A DNA stretch of 64,000 nt from Utricularia gibba (lineage: Eukaryota; Plantae; Magnoliophyta): contig NEEC01000021.1 of NCBI GenBank assembly GCA_002189035.1, positions 62,001 to 126,000 of the forward strand, in the 5' to 3' direction. The notes under the pieces were generated by a model, which saw nothing but the letters and a program-made list of their open reading frames with translations, was not told the origin of the DNA and ran no database searches. Within the stretch, counting starts at the first letter, position 1. Each line of letters starts with the position of its first letter. Shown here piece after piece: positions 49,992 to 63,209 of this stretch. The position numbers were made by a program, and so were the translations under genes.

Positions 49992-52900
49992 ATGGCTGAA
50001 CCTGAGAAGACCTTGAAGGAATTGGATGCTGCTGATCATACTTAAAGTGGTCTGTGCATCAGATTTCCAGACGATGGAGCAAATGAGCTAAAGCTGGCGA
50101 TGATAAATTTTTTGCCAAAGTTCTATGGAAAAATTGGAGAGAACCCCATGAGCATTTAGACAATGTAACAGCGGTATGCACATCATTCAAGGGAGCTGGA
50201 ATGATTGAAGATTCCATTTGTTTAAGAGCCTTCCAATTTACTTTGGAAGGAGGAGCCAAAACGTGGTTCAACTCACTAAGACTTGTAAGAATAACCGATT
50301 GGGCTGGAATGAAGAAGGTATTTTTGAGTAAATATTTTCCAACTTCCAAGGCTGAAGGTATTAGAAAAGAAATCAGTGATGTTGAACAAATGAGTGGAGA
50401 ATCATTGAACGAATATTGGGAAAGATTCAACCATCTTTTGGGATCCTACCCACACCATGGTTTTCAAACCAATGCTTTGGTCAAATACTTCTATGATGGA
50501 TTATTATGCACTGACCAAGCCATGGTAGATTCAGCGGTGGGAGGATTTCTAAGAAAAAAGACACCAACCGAAGCTCTTTCTTTGCTTGAGGAGTTGGCTG
50601 AGCATTAAAGACATATTATCAGGAAGCAAACCTCAAACAAAAGGATGTATGAAGTGGAGAGCAAGCCCAGGGTTTCAGAGAATGAACTCACAAAAAATGT
50701 TGCTGCTATGTCAGAAATGATGAAGGAGTTGTTCTTATTCCAGGCTAAGAACATGCCGTGTGGAAACTGTCACAGAATTGGGCATGTTGCGGACAAGTGC
50801 TCGGATTTATTTGAAGAGGAGCATGTCAAGGCTATGGGATACTTGGAACCCCAGCAAAGGAAGAAATATGACCTTTATTCAAATACTTACAACCCAGGCT
50901 GGAGGGATCATCCAAATTTTTGTTGGAGCAATAACGAAAATTCTTATAAAGGAGAAACCTCAACCATGGGGCAGCAGAATTTTCAGGAGCAGAAATCTTA
51001 TCAGGTTCCTCTATTTCGAAGGCAAAACCAACAGAACCAGCAGCCATTCCAAGCCTCAAATCAAAGCAATGCTGGAGGGAATTCTGGAAATTCATTGGAG
51101 GAGATGTTGAAGACCTTCATGCCGCAATCAATAAAAAATCAAGCTGAAAATCAACAAGCAATCCGGAATTTGGAGGTTCAAGTGAGTCAGTTGGCAGTAG
51201 AGTTTGGAGACTTGAAGCAGAAAGGAAGTTTGCCATCTCAACCCAAGCCAAACCCAAATTCCAGTGGAGGGCCGAACATCAGCGCCATGACACTTCGGAG
51301 TGGAAAAGAGAAGCCTGGACGAGAACTAGTCCAGCTTGAGACTAAGGAGAACGAAACAGAGGAGTACGAAGTTGTTGTACAGAGTGAGGATGAAGTTGAG
51401 GTACTTCCAGAACCTGTCACGGTGAAGGTGACCCAGCCTCCTTTTCCAGGAGGCTGAAGCCGAAAGAAGAGCAAACCGAAAAAGAAAAAATGTTGAAGGC
51501 ATTGGGAACACCCAATTGAATTTAACTCTCTTGGAGTGTATTGATCTTGTTCCCAAGAGTGTTAAATTTTTGAAACAGCTGTATATGTCCAAACCGAAGA
51601 TGAAAGAGAAGGGGAAGGTCAAATTGAGTGAAAGCTGCTCAACACTTCTCACATGGAAACTACCCGAAAAGCGTAAGGATCCGGGTACATTCTTTATCCC
51701 ATGCAAAATAAGAGATTTGTGCATCAGGAGAGCTACGACAGACCTAGGAGCTTCTATAAATGTCATGTCAAATTCTATTTATGAGGCACTTAGGTTGGAC
51801 CTTTGCAAGCATCGGGTGTGCAAATTGAGTTAGTAGATAGGAGAGTGATTTCTCCCAAGGGCCTAGTAGAGGACGTTCTAGTGAAGATAGAGCATTTGGT
51901 GTTCCCAGCTGATTTTTATGTGGTCAAAATGCCCACTGGAGGATCAAAGGACACGACAATTATTTTAGGGAGACCATTCTTGAGCACCTCAAATGCTATC
52001 ATCAATGTGAAGATGGGAACCATTGAGCTTTCTTTTGATGAAGACAAAATCACACTGGACATGAAGGATGTGAAGAATTATCCCAGTGATTTTGAAAGCA
52101 TTTGTGTTGTAGATGTTATGGATGGACTTATTGAGGAGCACTTGAAGAAAGAAATTCAAGAAAAAGAAGTGGCTCATGAAGAATCTTTATTTGCAAAATT
52201 GGAAGCTGAAGAAAAATTCGAGCAATTAAATGTGGTGCAAGCCAAGACTCAGGAAGAGAGGTTAGCTGAATTGAAACCATTGCCTAATCATTTAAAATAT
52301 GTTTTTCTTGATACAGAGTTCAGGAACCCTGTTATCATCTCCATTGGTCTGAGCTTAGACCAAGAGTCGCGACTGCTCGAGGTCCTGAACAGAAACAAGA
52401 AGGCAATAGGTTGGACGCTGGATGACATTGAGGGGATCTGCCCATTCATATGCATGCACATAATTTTCCTAGAGGATGGTGCAAAACCAATTCGTCAACC
52501 TCAAAGACGCCTCAACCCAAACATAATGGAGGTGGTAAGAAAAGAAATTGTTAAACTCCATGATGCAGGAATTATTTACTCTATCACAGATAGTGAATGG
52601 GTGAGCCCCATTCACGTGGTGCCTAAGAAGACATGGATGACTGTGTTGGAGAATGAGAAAGGCGAGCTTGTTTCACAAAGGGTGCAAAATGGATGGCGCA
52701 TTTGTATTGATTATCGAAAATTAAATGAAGTGACAAAGAAAGACCATTATCCTTTGCCCTTTATTGATCAGATGTTGGAAAAATTGGCTGGAAAATCGTT
52801 TTATTGTTTTTTGGATGGATACTCTAGATATAATCAGGTTCCTATTTTAGGGCAGGACCAAGACAAGACAACCTTCACATGTTCATTTGGAACTTATGCT

Positions 52901-55173
52901 TATAAGAGGATGCCTTTCGGATTGTGTAACACCCCAGCTACATTTTAGAGGTGTATGATCAGTATTTTCTCGAATTTTGGTGATGATTTTATTGAAATAT
53001 TTATGGATCATTTTACGGTATATGGAGAAAATTTTGAGTAATGTTTAGACCATTTAGATCAGGTTTTGAAGAAATGTGTTGAAAAAAATCTAGTTTTAAA
53101 TTCTGAAAAATGCCATTTTATGGTGGATAATGGAATTGTTTTAGGCCATGTGATTTCTAAAAAAGGGATTGAGGTAGATAAGGCAAAAATTGAGATTATG
53201 TATGAACTTCCTTATCCAATTGATATGAAAGGTATTAGATCATTTTTAGGACATGTTGGCTTTTATAGGAGGTTTATTAAGAATTTTTTGAAAATTGCCT
53301 TACCTCTTAGTAAGTTGTTGCATAATGATGTTGCCTTTGATTTTGATAATTCATGTAAGCAAGCTTTTAATTCTTTGAAAAAGGCTGTTACTACTGCACC
53401 TGTGATGCAACCACCTGATTGGAAATATGATTTTGAGATCATGTGTGATGCAAGTAATCATGGTGTGGGTGCTGTTTTGGGGCAGAAAATTGAAGGAAAG
53501 CACCATGTTCTCTCTTATGCTTCGAAAACCTTACATGAGCCCCAGAAAAATTATACCATCACTGAAAGGGAATTTCTTGCTGTTATTTTTGCCTTGGAAA
53601 AATTTCGTTCTTATCTTTTAGGTAGCAAGGTGGTGGTATACACTGATCATTCGGTGGTGAAGCACTTGATGGAGAAGAAGGACTCCAAACCAAGACTTAT
53701 TAGATGGGTCCTTCTTGTCCAGGAGTTTGATGTTGAGATAAAGGACAGGCCTGGACGGGAGAACCTTGTGGCTGATCACCTCAGCAGGATTGAAGGAAGT
53801 GAAGAAGATGGAATCATCACTGAAACGTTTCTGGACGAACAACTATTCTCAGTTCGGACCAATATACGTGAACCATGGTTTGCTGATCTTGCAAATTTTG
53901 TTTCAACAATGGTGATGCCACCTGGAATGGACTATCATGCAAGGAACGAGCTTAAGAGTAATGCCAAATACTACATATGGGATGATCCATATTTATGGAA
54001 GAGATGCAATGATGGCGTCATTAGGTGTGTTCATGAAAATAAAATTCTAAAAATAATTGATTCTTGTCATGCAGGACGTTTTGGTAGCCATCATGGACCA
54101 AATAGAATAGCAAGAAAAATTCTAGATTGCGGATTTTATTGGCCACATATTTTCAGAGATTGCTATGCCTATTGCAAAGGGTGTGAACCATGCCAAAGGG
54201 TAGTAAATTTGTCAAACCAAAACGAAATGCCCCAGCAAGGAATCCTGGTATGTGAATTATTTGATGCATGGGGTATAGATTTTATTGGACCATTTCCTAC
54301 TTCAGCATGTTACAATTACATTTTGGTTGTGGTTGATTATGTGTCCAAATGGATTGAGGCAATCCCTACATGGACTGATGATGCAAAGACTGTGATTAAT
54401 TTCTTGCGCAACAACATCTTCACGAGATATGGAACTCCTAAGGCGCTGATCAGTGATAGGGGAACACATTTTTACAATCAGGTCTTGAGGAGTGTTTTGA
54501 AGCATTTCAATGTTTGGTACAAGCCTTCTACAGCGTACCATCCCCAAATCAATGGACAAACCGAAGTATCTAATAGGGAAATCAAACAAATTCTAGAGAA
54601 AGTTGTGAACCCAAGCAAGAAGGACTGGAGCATGAGATTGAAAGATGCACTTTGGGCTATACAGACAGCATACAAGACCCCCATTGGAACCTCACCATTT
54701 CGGTTGGTCTATGGGAAGCTTTGCAGATTACCAGCAGCTCTTGAGGATAAGCATGGTGGGCTGTGAAGAATTTGAATTTGGATAGGAACCTTAGTGCAAG
54801 TCACAGGAAGCTCCAACTTTCAGAACTAGAAGAGTTGAGAAATGATGCGTATGAGAGCTCAAAACTATTCAAGGCTCGGACTAAGAGTTATCATGACGCG
54901 CATATCTCCAGGAGAAATTTTGAGATTGGCCAGAAAGTTTTATTATTTCAATCCAAGTTGAAATTGCATCCTGGAAAGCTGAAATCAAGATGGATACGGC
55001 CTTTTATTGTGAAGGAAATTTTTCCAAATGGAGTAGTGGAAATATTTGATAGAGACTCAAACAAGGGATTTTTGGTAAATGGCCATAGATTAAAATTATT
55101 TTTTGAAAATGTGGATAACCTGTTCACAAGAAATTTGGAGATGGTCAAGCTGATGGATGCTCCAGAAACGTAG
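49992..55173 (+). pseudogene. Athila gag-pol (gag, protease, RT, RNase H, integrase), broken by stops and frameshifts
   Basis: YNPGWRDHPNF (gag); DLGASINVM (protease); WRICIDYRKLN and LDGYSRYNQ (RT); [12 protein letters not shown] (RNase H); HHGP...[13 protein letters not shown] and [14 protein letters not shown] (integrase). Confidence 0.93.
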
Positions 55174-55510
55174 CCACACGAGAAGTCGGGTCCAAGACTA
55201 TAAACAAGGGCGTTTGTGGGAGGCAACCCATGGTTAAGTTTTTAATTTCAGAATTTCAATTTTAGTTTAATGTTGTTATTTTAGAATTTTTATCTGTATT
55301 TTGTGCTACTGGGAAATTAATTTTTAGTGTTAAGAGGAGTTATTGATGGGGAGTTACGAAAATCAGACCGTTGAGATGAGTGGGAAGTTGAATTGGAGAG
55401 AAATGACAAAAATGCCCTTCTTGCCTAAAATTAGTTGGAAGATCAGTTACTGTTCTTCACTTCACCCATTTGTCTGCGATTTTTCTGCGAAAAATTACAG
55501 CTGTAGAAAC

Positions 55511-57352
55511 ATGGTGCCGGCGACGAGAAGCACAAAGAAAGCCGCAAAAGAGAAGACTGGCCGGAAAAAGACGAGAAAGGAGCAAGTGAAGGAAGGAACA
55601 AGAGATGCTGAAGCACCCACCACTGTTGCTCCGACCCAGGAAGAAGTAGTTCAGCCTGCTGCGGTCACCGTAGAGAATCCTCAAGAAGTGGACGTGATCC
55701 CCCAGACAGCGGAGGTTGAGGAGTCCTCCAAACAGAAAAAACGGAAGGACCCATCTTCCAAGTCAGAGCACATCAGCCTTCAGCAACGATTGACGGACAT
55801 GAAGAGAAAAACTCCAGCAGAAGAACCACCTGTAGAGCTGTAGGTCTTGCCTAAGAAGAAGGAGAAGAAACATAGAACGAAAAAGCATAAGGGACTGCGG
55901 GAGGAACCTGTGCTGGAGAAAGAATCTGCTGAACTAGAAAAACAAGTGCTGCCCGCTGTAGAGAAAAATGTTGAAATTTCCAGAAATGAAGAAGAGGCAG
56001 CAGAAGAGGAGCCCGAGGCTGAAAATGAAATTCTGGAAAAGTCTCAGGAGGAGGCTGGAGATAAAAATGAAACAGGACATGAACAGGGAGCAGACGAACA
56101 GGGTGAGCAACCACTAGTCCGAGGCCAGAAGGAGCAGGGAAGTCTACCTACAGAAACTGCTGCAAGCACAACAGAAGAAAAGTAGGAAGGGATGGAGAAG
56201 GTAAAGAAATTTCTCCCAAAATTAGTCCCTATGTTCATGAATGTAGGGAGATTCACAATGGAAAGCGATTTCAATGGCAAATGACTAGGAAGGGAATTCC
56301 TTATTTTAAGCTACATGCTGATATGTTAAACGAGAAATACCCTAATACATGGACAGGTATGGAGAGGTAAAAGGTGCCAAGGTATTACCCTGCCGTCATA
56401 TTGATTTCGAGATCCTTATTGAGTTAAACCTAGTGGATAAGGTTTACACCATGTTTGAGAATTCTGCCTTCATGACTTTATTTGAGTTAAAGCTCTCTGC
56501 TTATGTGGAACTATCATATGAATTTGCTTCGACTTTAACTTAAAAAATTCCAGAAACTGTTTTGGAACCTGCTGCTTTTTGCTTTCGTATGATGGGCACT
56601 GAGTTTTCATTTTCCTTAGCTGAGTGGAATGTTGCCCTTGGTTTTTTCTCGAAAAAGCAAGTAGATTTGCATGATTTTGCTGCTTCTTTATTCGATTATC
56701 CAGCAGACTTTGATGCTGAAGAATTTTATGGGATTTTAACTGATCAGCATGTCATTGAGTTTAAGGCAAAGGGAACGAAATCTGAGCTGTTTGTTGAACC
56801 ATTCATGCGTTATGTTCATATGTTAGTCACTACAACTCTTTTAGAAAAAAATATTGGATTTAATGCTCTTTATAAACGTGAACTATTTGTGTTGTGGTGC
56901 ATTATGATTAAGCGATCTCTGAACTTAGGTGCAATGCTTGCTGAGCAAATGAATAGAGATTATAGGCATACTAAAATTCAACAACTCAGTTTCGGTCATA
57001 TTTTTACGCATCTTATTAATACTTTGTGTCCAGAAAAGCTGTCCCAACTTGAATTCTTCCATGTTCAGACTAAGACAGTGTCATTGGATGCGTATTCATT
57101 AAAAGTTGCTGGACTAATCAAAGCCCAAGGAAGTGGGTTTGTTTTAGATCTTTGGCAGGACTAGAAAGAAGATTCATCCCAAGAAAGAAGAAAGAAGACA
57201 CTACTGCTCCATCAACCTCAACTCCAGCTCTAGGAGAGAAACGTTGGTGCTGCCCAGAAATCTTGGAGGTGATGAGCGACAAATTTTCAGATTTGATTAG
57301 GGTGATCTTAGAGTTAAAACAGGGAGTGGCCGATGCCTCCCTAAACAAGTAA
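55511..57352 (+). pseudogene. Athila env-like / extra ORF after pol, with several in-frame stops
   Basis: A Lys/Glu-rich N-terminal region is followed by RHIDFEIL...YVELSYEFASTL...FRMMGTEFSFSLAEWNVALG, in the position and style of Athila ORF3. Confidence 0.7.
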
Positions 57353-58257
57353 CATGTTGCTAGAACGATTTAGTATAGTAGGTCTTTATTTTTGTTTTGT
57401 TTTATTTTCATGATTAGGATTATGTTTACGTCAAAGGATGCTATCTATTAGTCTAAGTCTAGACTTAGAGGTGTGTTTAACATTGGTCTTGCTGAGTAGT
57501 AGTAAACTGTTTCCGATGGCTACATTATAGCTGCTAGATGAATTTTGTTGCATGAGTTTTGTAGACCTTTTTGATACCCGTGAGCATGTTTTTATCTTTT
57601 TATTTTATGAGAGCATGTGCATGACCCGAGGAATCTAAGAAGTATGCTCTAGATCATTTTTATATGAATTGTTGAATTTCATAGTCATTGTGGAACAAGT
57701 TGCCAACCACGAAAAAAGAAAGAGGTGAATAAAGGGTCTGAAAAGAAAAAGGAAAAAAAATTGAGACCCAAGTCCTAAAAAACAGCACATATTAAAAGAT
57801 CATGTGCAGACTCAATAAATAGTGAAAGGGTGAGTGGGGATAGACTAATCTAGAGGAGTATGAAAGAGCCTGGTGTTATAAGGTGTGAGTGTTTGGCCAA
57901 CACTCAGGAAAAAGAAAAGGCAATCACATTATGCCTGGATTAGTCTGGAACAAGCTACCCCTTCACTACACAAAAAAAAAAAGAAAAAAAAAAGAGAAAA
58001 AATGGGTTGGCAACCATGACCTTAAGTGACTTTGAAGGGATCAATTCTATGAGGTATGATCTTCGAAAACACTCCTCAAGAGGAATCTACTCATGCACAT
58101 TTGAGTGATGAAATGACATGCACACTTGCACTTCTTTAGCTCATGCACCGAAATTTATTTTCAGTTGTTTATGTTTATCGCTGATGCTGAAGGAACTAGT
58201 TTTCTGTTAGTCTTAGGTGGGACTTGGGGACAAGTCTGGTGTCGTTGTAGCATAATG

Positions 58258-59632
58258 TGATAGCACACAAATTTTCAGGTTTTAGGATATGAAAGATCAT
58301 GAATTTTTAATCTTTATTAAAGGTTTATTTTATACTTTTAAGTGTTTTTATGAAATTTAGGAAAATGTAATTTTTGGTGTGATTAGCAGACTAAATCATT
58401 TGATTTAGCCCACCCCATATCTAACCCGATTTTGGAGTCTAGGAGCAACTCAAGAATCAAAGAAGAGATCTGAATTTCGTGCAAGTCACCAAGCTGCAAG
58501 AGACAAAGAGCACTGTTCCGCCGCCTGCAGTTTGCAGGTTCAGGCCGAGAACAGTGATGGTGTCAGGAACAATGCGTGGGAGTAAATGAGGGAAGATATT
58601 ATTTTCGAAAAGGGAGAGCGGGAAAAAGAGAACACATAGCGAGGGGACGCAGGGGGTCTTCTTCCCCAACGGGAGAAACACCAACCAGAGGGGGGAAGGG
58701 AGGCCTTCATCATCAAGAACAGCACCGGAGCCCAGTCCAGTACTACTGTTCTGGGCTATGAACAGTAGCTAGCGGGCGGAAAAACAATATCTATTTGCTT
58801 TCCGTTTTTCTGAATATTTCAAGTTTCTGCATTTGACTTGTCACAATGTTTCTGCCATTTTGGCCAGCTTATATGAATGAAATCGTGTTTTATTTCCAAA
58901 GCATAAGTGGCTAGAGTCTTAGGGATGCCTTAAGGTGAAGGGGTGTGGTGTGTGCTTAGGGTTAATGATGAAATTTATGTGTATTCCTTAACTCTTGTTT
59001 CTAACAAACCATGGGTAGACCTAAGGAGGCAAACAAGTAGTTTCACAACATAGAAGCTTGGTTTAGAGGTAGACCAACAAACCAAGACAGGAGCAGTCGG
59101 TGTTAGTCCAGGGTAGAACCAGTAGAACCAGGTAGACCTAGTTCTATATACCTTGCATGCGGGTAGACCTAATTGCAATGTTGGTTATGATATTGGAGAC
59201 TAGCTTAAGCCAAAAATATGATGAATGACCTAGGTAGACCTAGGTTATTCGAAGTTGTGAGTGTAGGAAGATAGCAAATTAAGTTAGGAACCTTAGTATG
59301 ACACCACCTGCAGATCCTTAAGGTGTCCACGTATTAATGTGAGTCAAAACTAGTACCTGTTACCCTAGCGTCAAGACGTGATATTGCTTACCTACTTTTT
59401 TTTACTAAACTTGTTTACCACTGTTAGTCTGAGCTTTGACTAAGACCTATTGTTATCCCGAATTATGCATTTACTAGAACACTTAGCAAGCACAAGCTCT
59501 TCGTGACCGACCCCGACATCCACTATACAAGTTTTCTAAATTTGTATTTTGTGTAGATTAGAGAGTATAAATTTATTTGATACGGATTTTCTATTTTTAT
59601 TTGCAACAATATTAGGAAATTCATGTTTATCA
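58258..59632 (+). repeat. 3' LTR (1375 bp)
   Basis: Direct repeat of the 5' LTR, followed directly by the TSD GTGGG. Confidence 0.93.
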
Positions 59633-60659
59633 GTGGGCTTGTTTCTTCTACTGAAAAGTATGTCAACGGCTCTGAAAAGTTACTGGAAATTGGGTATGTT
59701 TCAGAATTTTCGTATGAATTCTTATCGGGAGTAGTTTCAATTCTTGCTATAAGTGGGAACTTTTGTCTATTTTTAAGTACCCAAGTGATTTACAGAATGG
59801 AATGCATGAGTTGATCAAGAATGATGATATTAAGTTAATAAGACACTTGCTTCTCCATGTTGATATTTTCATTGATTCGGGTTTTGCTAGGAGAGACCCG
59901 AATTTAGTTTGTGAGGCTGAATTTGGTAGAGTCAAAACATTGGAGAGTGAAATGGATGGTCCTGATATCCGTACTGAAATGGGTAAAGATTTTGAAATTT
60001 GGGCAAGCTTGGATGATCTTGTAATTGTTGAAAGTCAAAAAAATGTTTGAAAAATTCTTGTTGAAAGATATTATTTTTTAAAGCTTTGCTTCTTCGGTGA
60101 TACACGATGTCTTCTCGCCCTCCCTCCTTCAGCTTGAATTCAGGGGACATTTCACCTTGTGTTATGTCAGGTTGTCTCCTCATAACACCCACATTCAGTA
60201 TCGATTTTAGACGATGAATTTTCAAGGAATGGGAAACTTCTGGTGTTGCCTTGCGTTGGGGTCCCATATCACAGTGATCGGAAAACCGAGGGGAGCACAC
60301 GCTGAAAATGTAGAAAGATTTCGCTCTTTCGCAGAGGGGCAGTATATAACGGTCTCACAGTTTATGATGGAGTTGCAAGGGCCGAAGGCTGTGGAAGGGG
60401 GCACCTGTCATTGAGATGAACAGGTGTTACAATAGGTAGGTATGGGTTGACGGGTCGAATCCATACCCGTCCACCACTTCTTTGTTTAGTAATGGGTACG
60501 AATCACATGTTGACTATTTAATCCATACCCGTCCACCACTGTCGGGTTGATCCGGACTCGTACCCAGTTCTATCTACTGTTATCCCTTTCATTCCAAAAA
60601 TCAATTAATACTTATTTGGTAAATGATCAAATTGCCACCCTTTAAATACTCTACGGATT

Positions 60660-62980
60660 GTGTTGCTTTATATTTTCAACTTTTTAAAATTAAATTGATT
60701 CTTTTTTCTTTGTTTCAGCAATTCCGAAATTTCTTTTTGATCAAATGAAAAAAAATTTTCTTTTGATGCTCTTTTTTTATATCTTTTTTCAACATAAATA
60801 TTGTTAAGAGGTATTTAATGTGAAAATAAAAATATTTGTGATGCTGATTTGTATTCCAGATCGATAAGATAAAATCAGAAATATGTTTTATTTCATAACA
60901 CATTCCTGATATTTAATTCAATCTTTTGCAACAAATCTCAAAGATTTTTTTTCATATCGAATTCGAATTTCCATGCTATTTTTACTTAATATTCATATGG
61001 CTAAGGCATAGGTTTTGTTTTTATCTCAGCTAAAAAACCTCGTCATTGTCTTTATAAATTCTCTTTATCGCTTTAACAATATCCATATGGTATACCAATT
61101 TCGAAAAAAAAGAAAAACAAATCAAATTTCTACGAATAAGTCCTAATGATCTCCACATTTCTTCATACATATGGTCTCAATCGCCATTTCGCATTGGTCC
61201 TTATCGAGTATAGAATAAATTTGCTTTTATTTATTACTACCAACAAAATAGAAAAATACTCAATAATAATCCATTGAACAAAAAAGGTGCCTAATATAGT
61301 CATAGGCTAGTCTTTCAAGAAATGGCAGTAAATATTTCAGGAGTATTATTCTGTTGTCCAAAGAAATGATTTATGTAAATAATGAGTCAAGTTGATGAAG
61401 GAGGGAACAAGAGTCCATTATATCTGCTTAGGAGCAACTCTGACTTGGTTTCAAGATATCGAATCTATGTTGAATCACCATTTACTTCTTTCAACAAACA
61501 TAGACTCGCTTGAAAATCCGCACAAGCGGTGGACCATGTGGTTTAATTTAAGTTGTAATTCACTAGTTATTCCCAATGCTCACCAAATATGAAATCCCAT
61601 ATTTCTATTCAACAGCGTATGAATATTTCCTTGATTTTGAAAATTTCCCATTTGTCACCCAATGATGGAACTCAATATTGTATTCATCTAGAAGAAAAAC
61701 ATAAATTGCAGCCGCATATGAAAACTACTTCTATTCTACGAAATTCAATTCTATTCTTGTAGAATTGATTTTTCCTTCCAAACATGTATTGGATTCTCTT
61801 CTATGAGAATTAATTTTTGAGAATCAATTCAATTCTCATAGAAGTATGTATGTATAGCTTTTCATACATAATTGTTTTTCATAATTGATTTAAGAAATGA
61901 AGTTTGATAAATATTGATGGTATATAATATATTTTACTTACATAAATTTATAAAATATGATTATTTGTAAATATGGGTAGAATCGGACCTTACATGACTA
62001 AGTTAAGGGATTATTGACTCAATTGCATCAATCATTGGATTGATTCAATTACCTTCGGGGTGGAGAAGATGGACGTCACATGCCTTTTCCCTTACATCCC
62101 ATCCCAAGAGGTTTTAAAACCTCATCGGCAATGGAAAGTCTTTACAGAACTATACAGCTTTTGATTCTAAACTTTCTTTCCTATTAGATATATCGGTCTA
62201 GGCACTAAGACCTAACTCTCCTTCACCTTAATTATTATTGGAACAAGTAAAAGTTTTCTCAAATTCCGATCAAGTGTTTCCAGAATCTTCTTCATTCCGA
62301 AGAAATGATTGATCGTGTATGTATAAAACCGAATCCATTCTACACTTTCCTGTTCGTGGAGAAAACCTTTGCTAACTCTTATTCGTAGAAATTTGAATTT
62401 TTTTTTCTTTTTTTCAAAATTGATATACCATATGAGTATTGTTATCTATAGTCTATTTGGACCTCCCCTCAACATATGGATATGCCTTGTCTAACTATCA
62501 AAAAACCGCATTAAGGGAAAATCCAACTTCCATTGAAGAAAGGGTTTAATCGATTTTTGGTAATTCAACGGATTCTAGCCAAAATAAAGGATCTTCTGAA
62601 TCCTAGTTGGGGAGATGTGATTAAGATTCATTCACCCCCACAAATAACACATTACACCCTAATTATATTGGCCTCCAGGAGGAATATGTGCATCTAAAAG
62701 ATCTAGATTTCGAGTGTGTGTTTCCACAATCTTCTTCTATCAGCATATGGATGAATATGCAAGCATGTATTCATGCTTGCTTGAAATATGATTAATTCCT
62801 TTTTTAGTATTCCCTTTTGTTGTAAAGAACTAGAATAATAAGAAATTAAATGAAGTACTCCACATACAAAGTAAGGAAAGGTATTCATAAAATAATGTAG
62901 TATTTATGAGTTTGGGAAAATGGAGAATTGCATAGAGACATTACTGTGGAGATTCTGACCAAAAAATAATCATGATCAAA
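60660..62980. other. Mosaic NUPT copy 2
   Basis: Same fragment order as 23700-27570: LTWFQDIESMLNHHL (psaA, ~61440-61484), psaA and rpoC2 on the minus strand, rps4 (~61672-61710), and ycf2 pieces (~62270-62310, ~62565-62600, ~62705-62740). Confidence 0.75.
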
Positions 62981-63209
62981 AAGCAATACCTGTAACCTCA
63001 TATGTTTTTTCATGCAATAGATATAAAAGATCTGTCATAGTTCAGTGACTAAAAAAGGTTCCAAGTTAGAGAGCTACATATCTCTTCATGGTGACAGTTG
63101 TGGGATGAAAGCAAGATCTAGTCAAAAAACAAAACAATCCTCACCTAGGTTCTAAGACTAAATTGCACTGCTTTGCTACTAACCTTCTTCAATAGGAAAT
63201 CAGGTCTCC

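Larger units (their letters stand above)
48634..59632 (+). mobile_element. Full-length Athila-type Ty3/gypsy retrotransposon (non-functional)
   Basis: Two LTRs TGATAGC...TTTATCA, TSD GTGGG (48629-48633 and 59633-59637), tRNA-Asp-type PBS, gag-pol and an env-like ORF. Confidence 0.95.
48590..60420 (+). pseudogene. MuDR/MULE transposase 5' remnant (48590-48633 plus 59633-60420), split by the Athila insertion
   Basis: Removing the Athila restores YYGGGLVSSTEKYVNG...FSYEFL...YPSDLQNGMHELIKNDDI, the HHGG...Y.GG...SY...L.ND.D pattern of MULE N-termini. A MULE-like TIR lies at ~47870-48010. Confidence 0.55.

Noticed and set aside
48833-58761. Many short ORFs in the track, antisense to or out of frame with pol, or inside the LTRs
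   Set aside because: They are by-products of retrotransposon sequence, with no independent motifs.
60430-60579. hAT-like MITE (CAATAGGTAG...CTATCTACTG, with internal ATCCATACCCGTCCACCAC repeats)
   Set aside because: No 8-bp TSD; plausible but unsupported.
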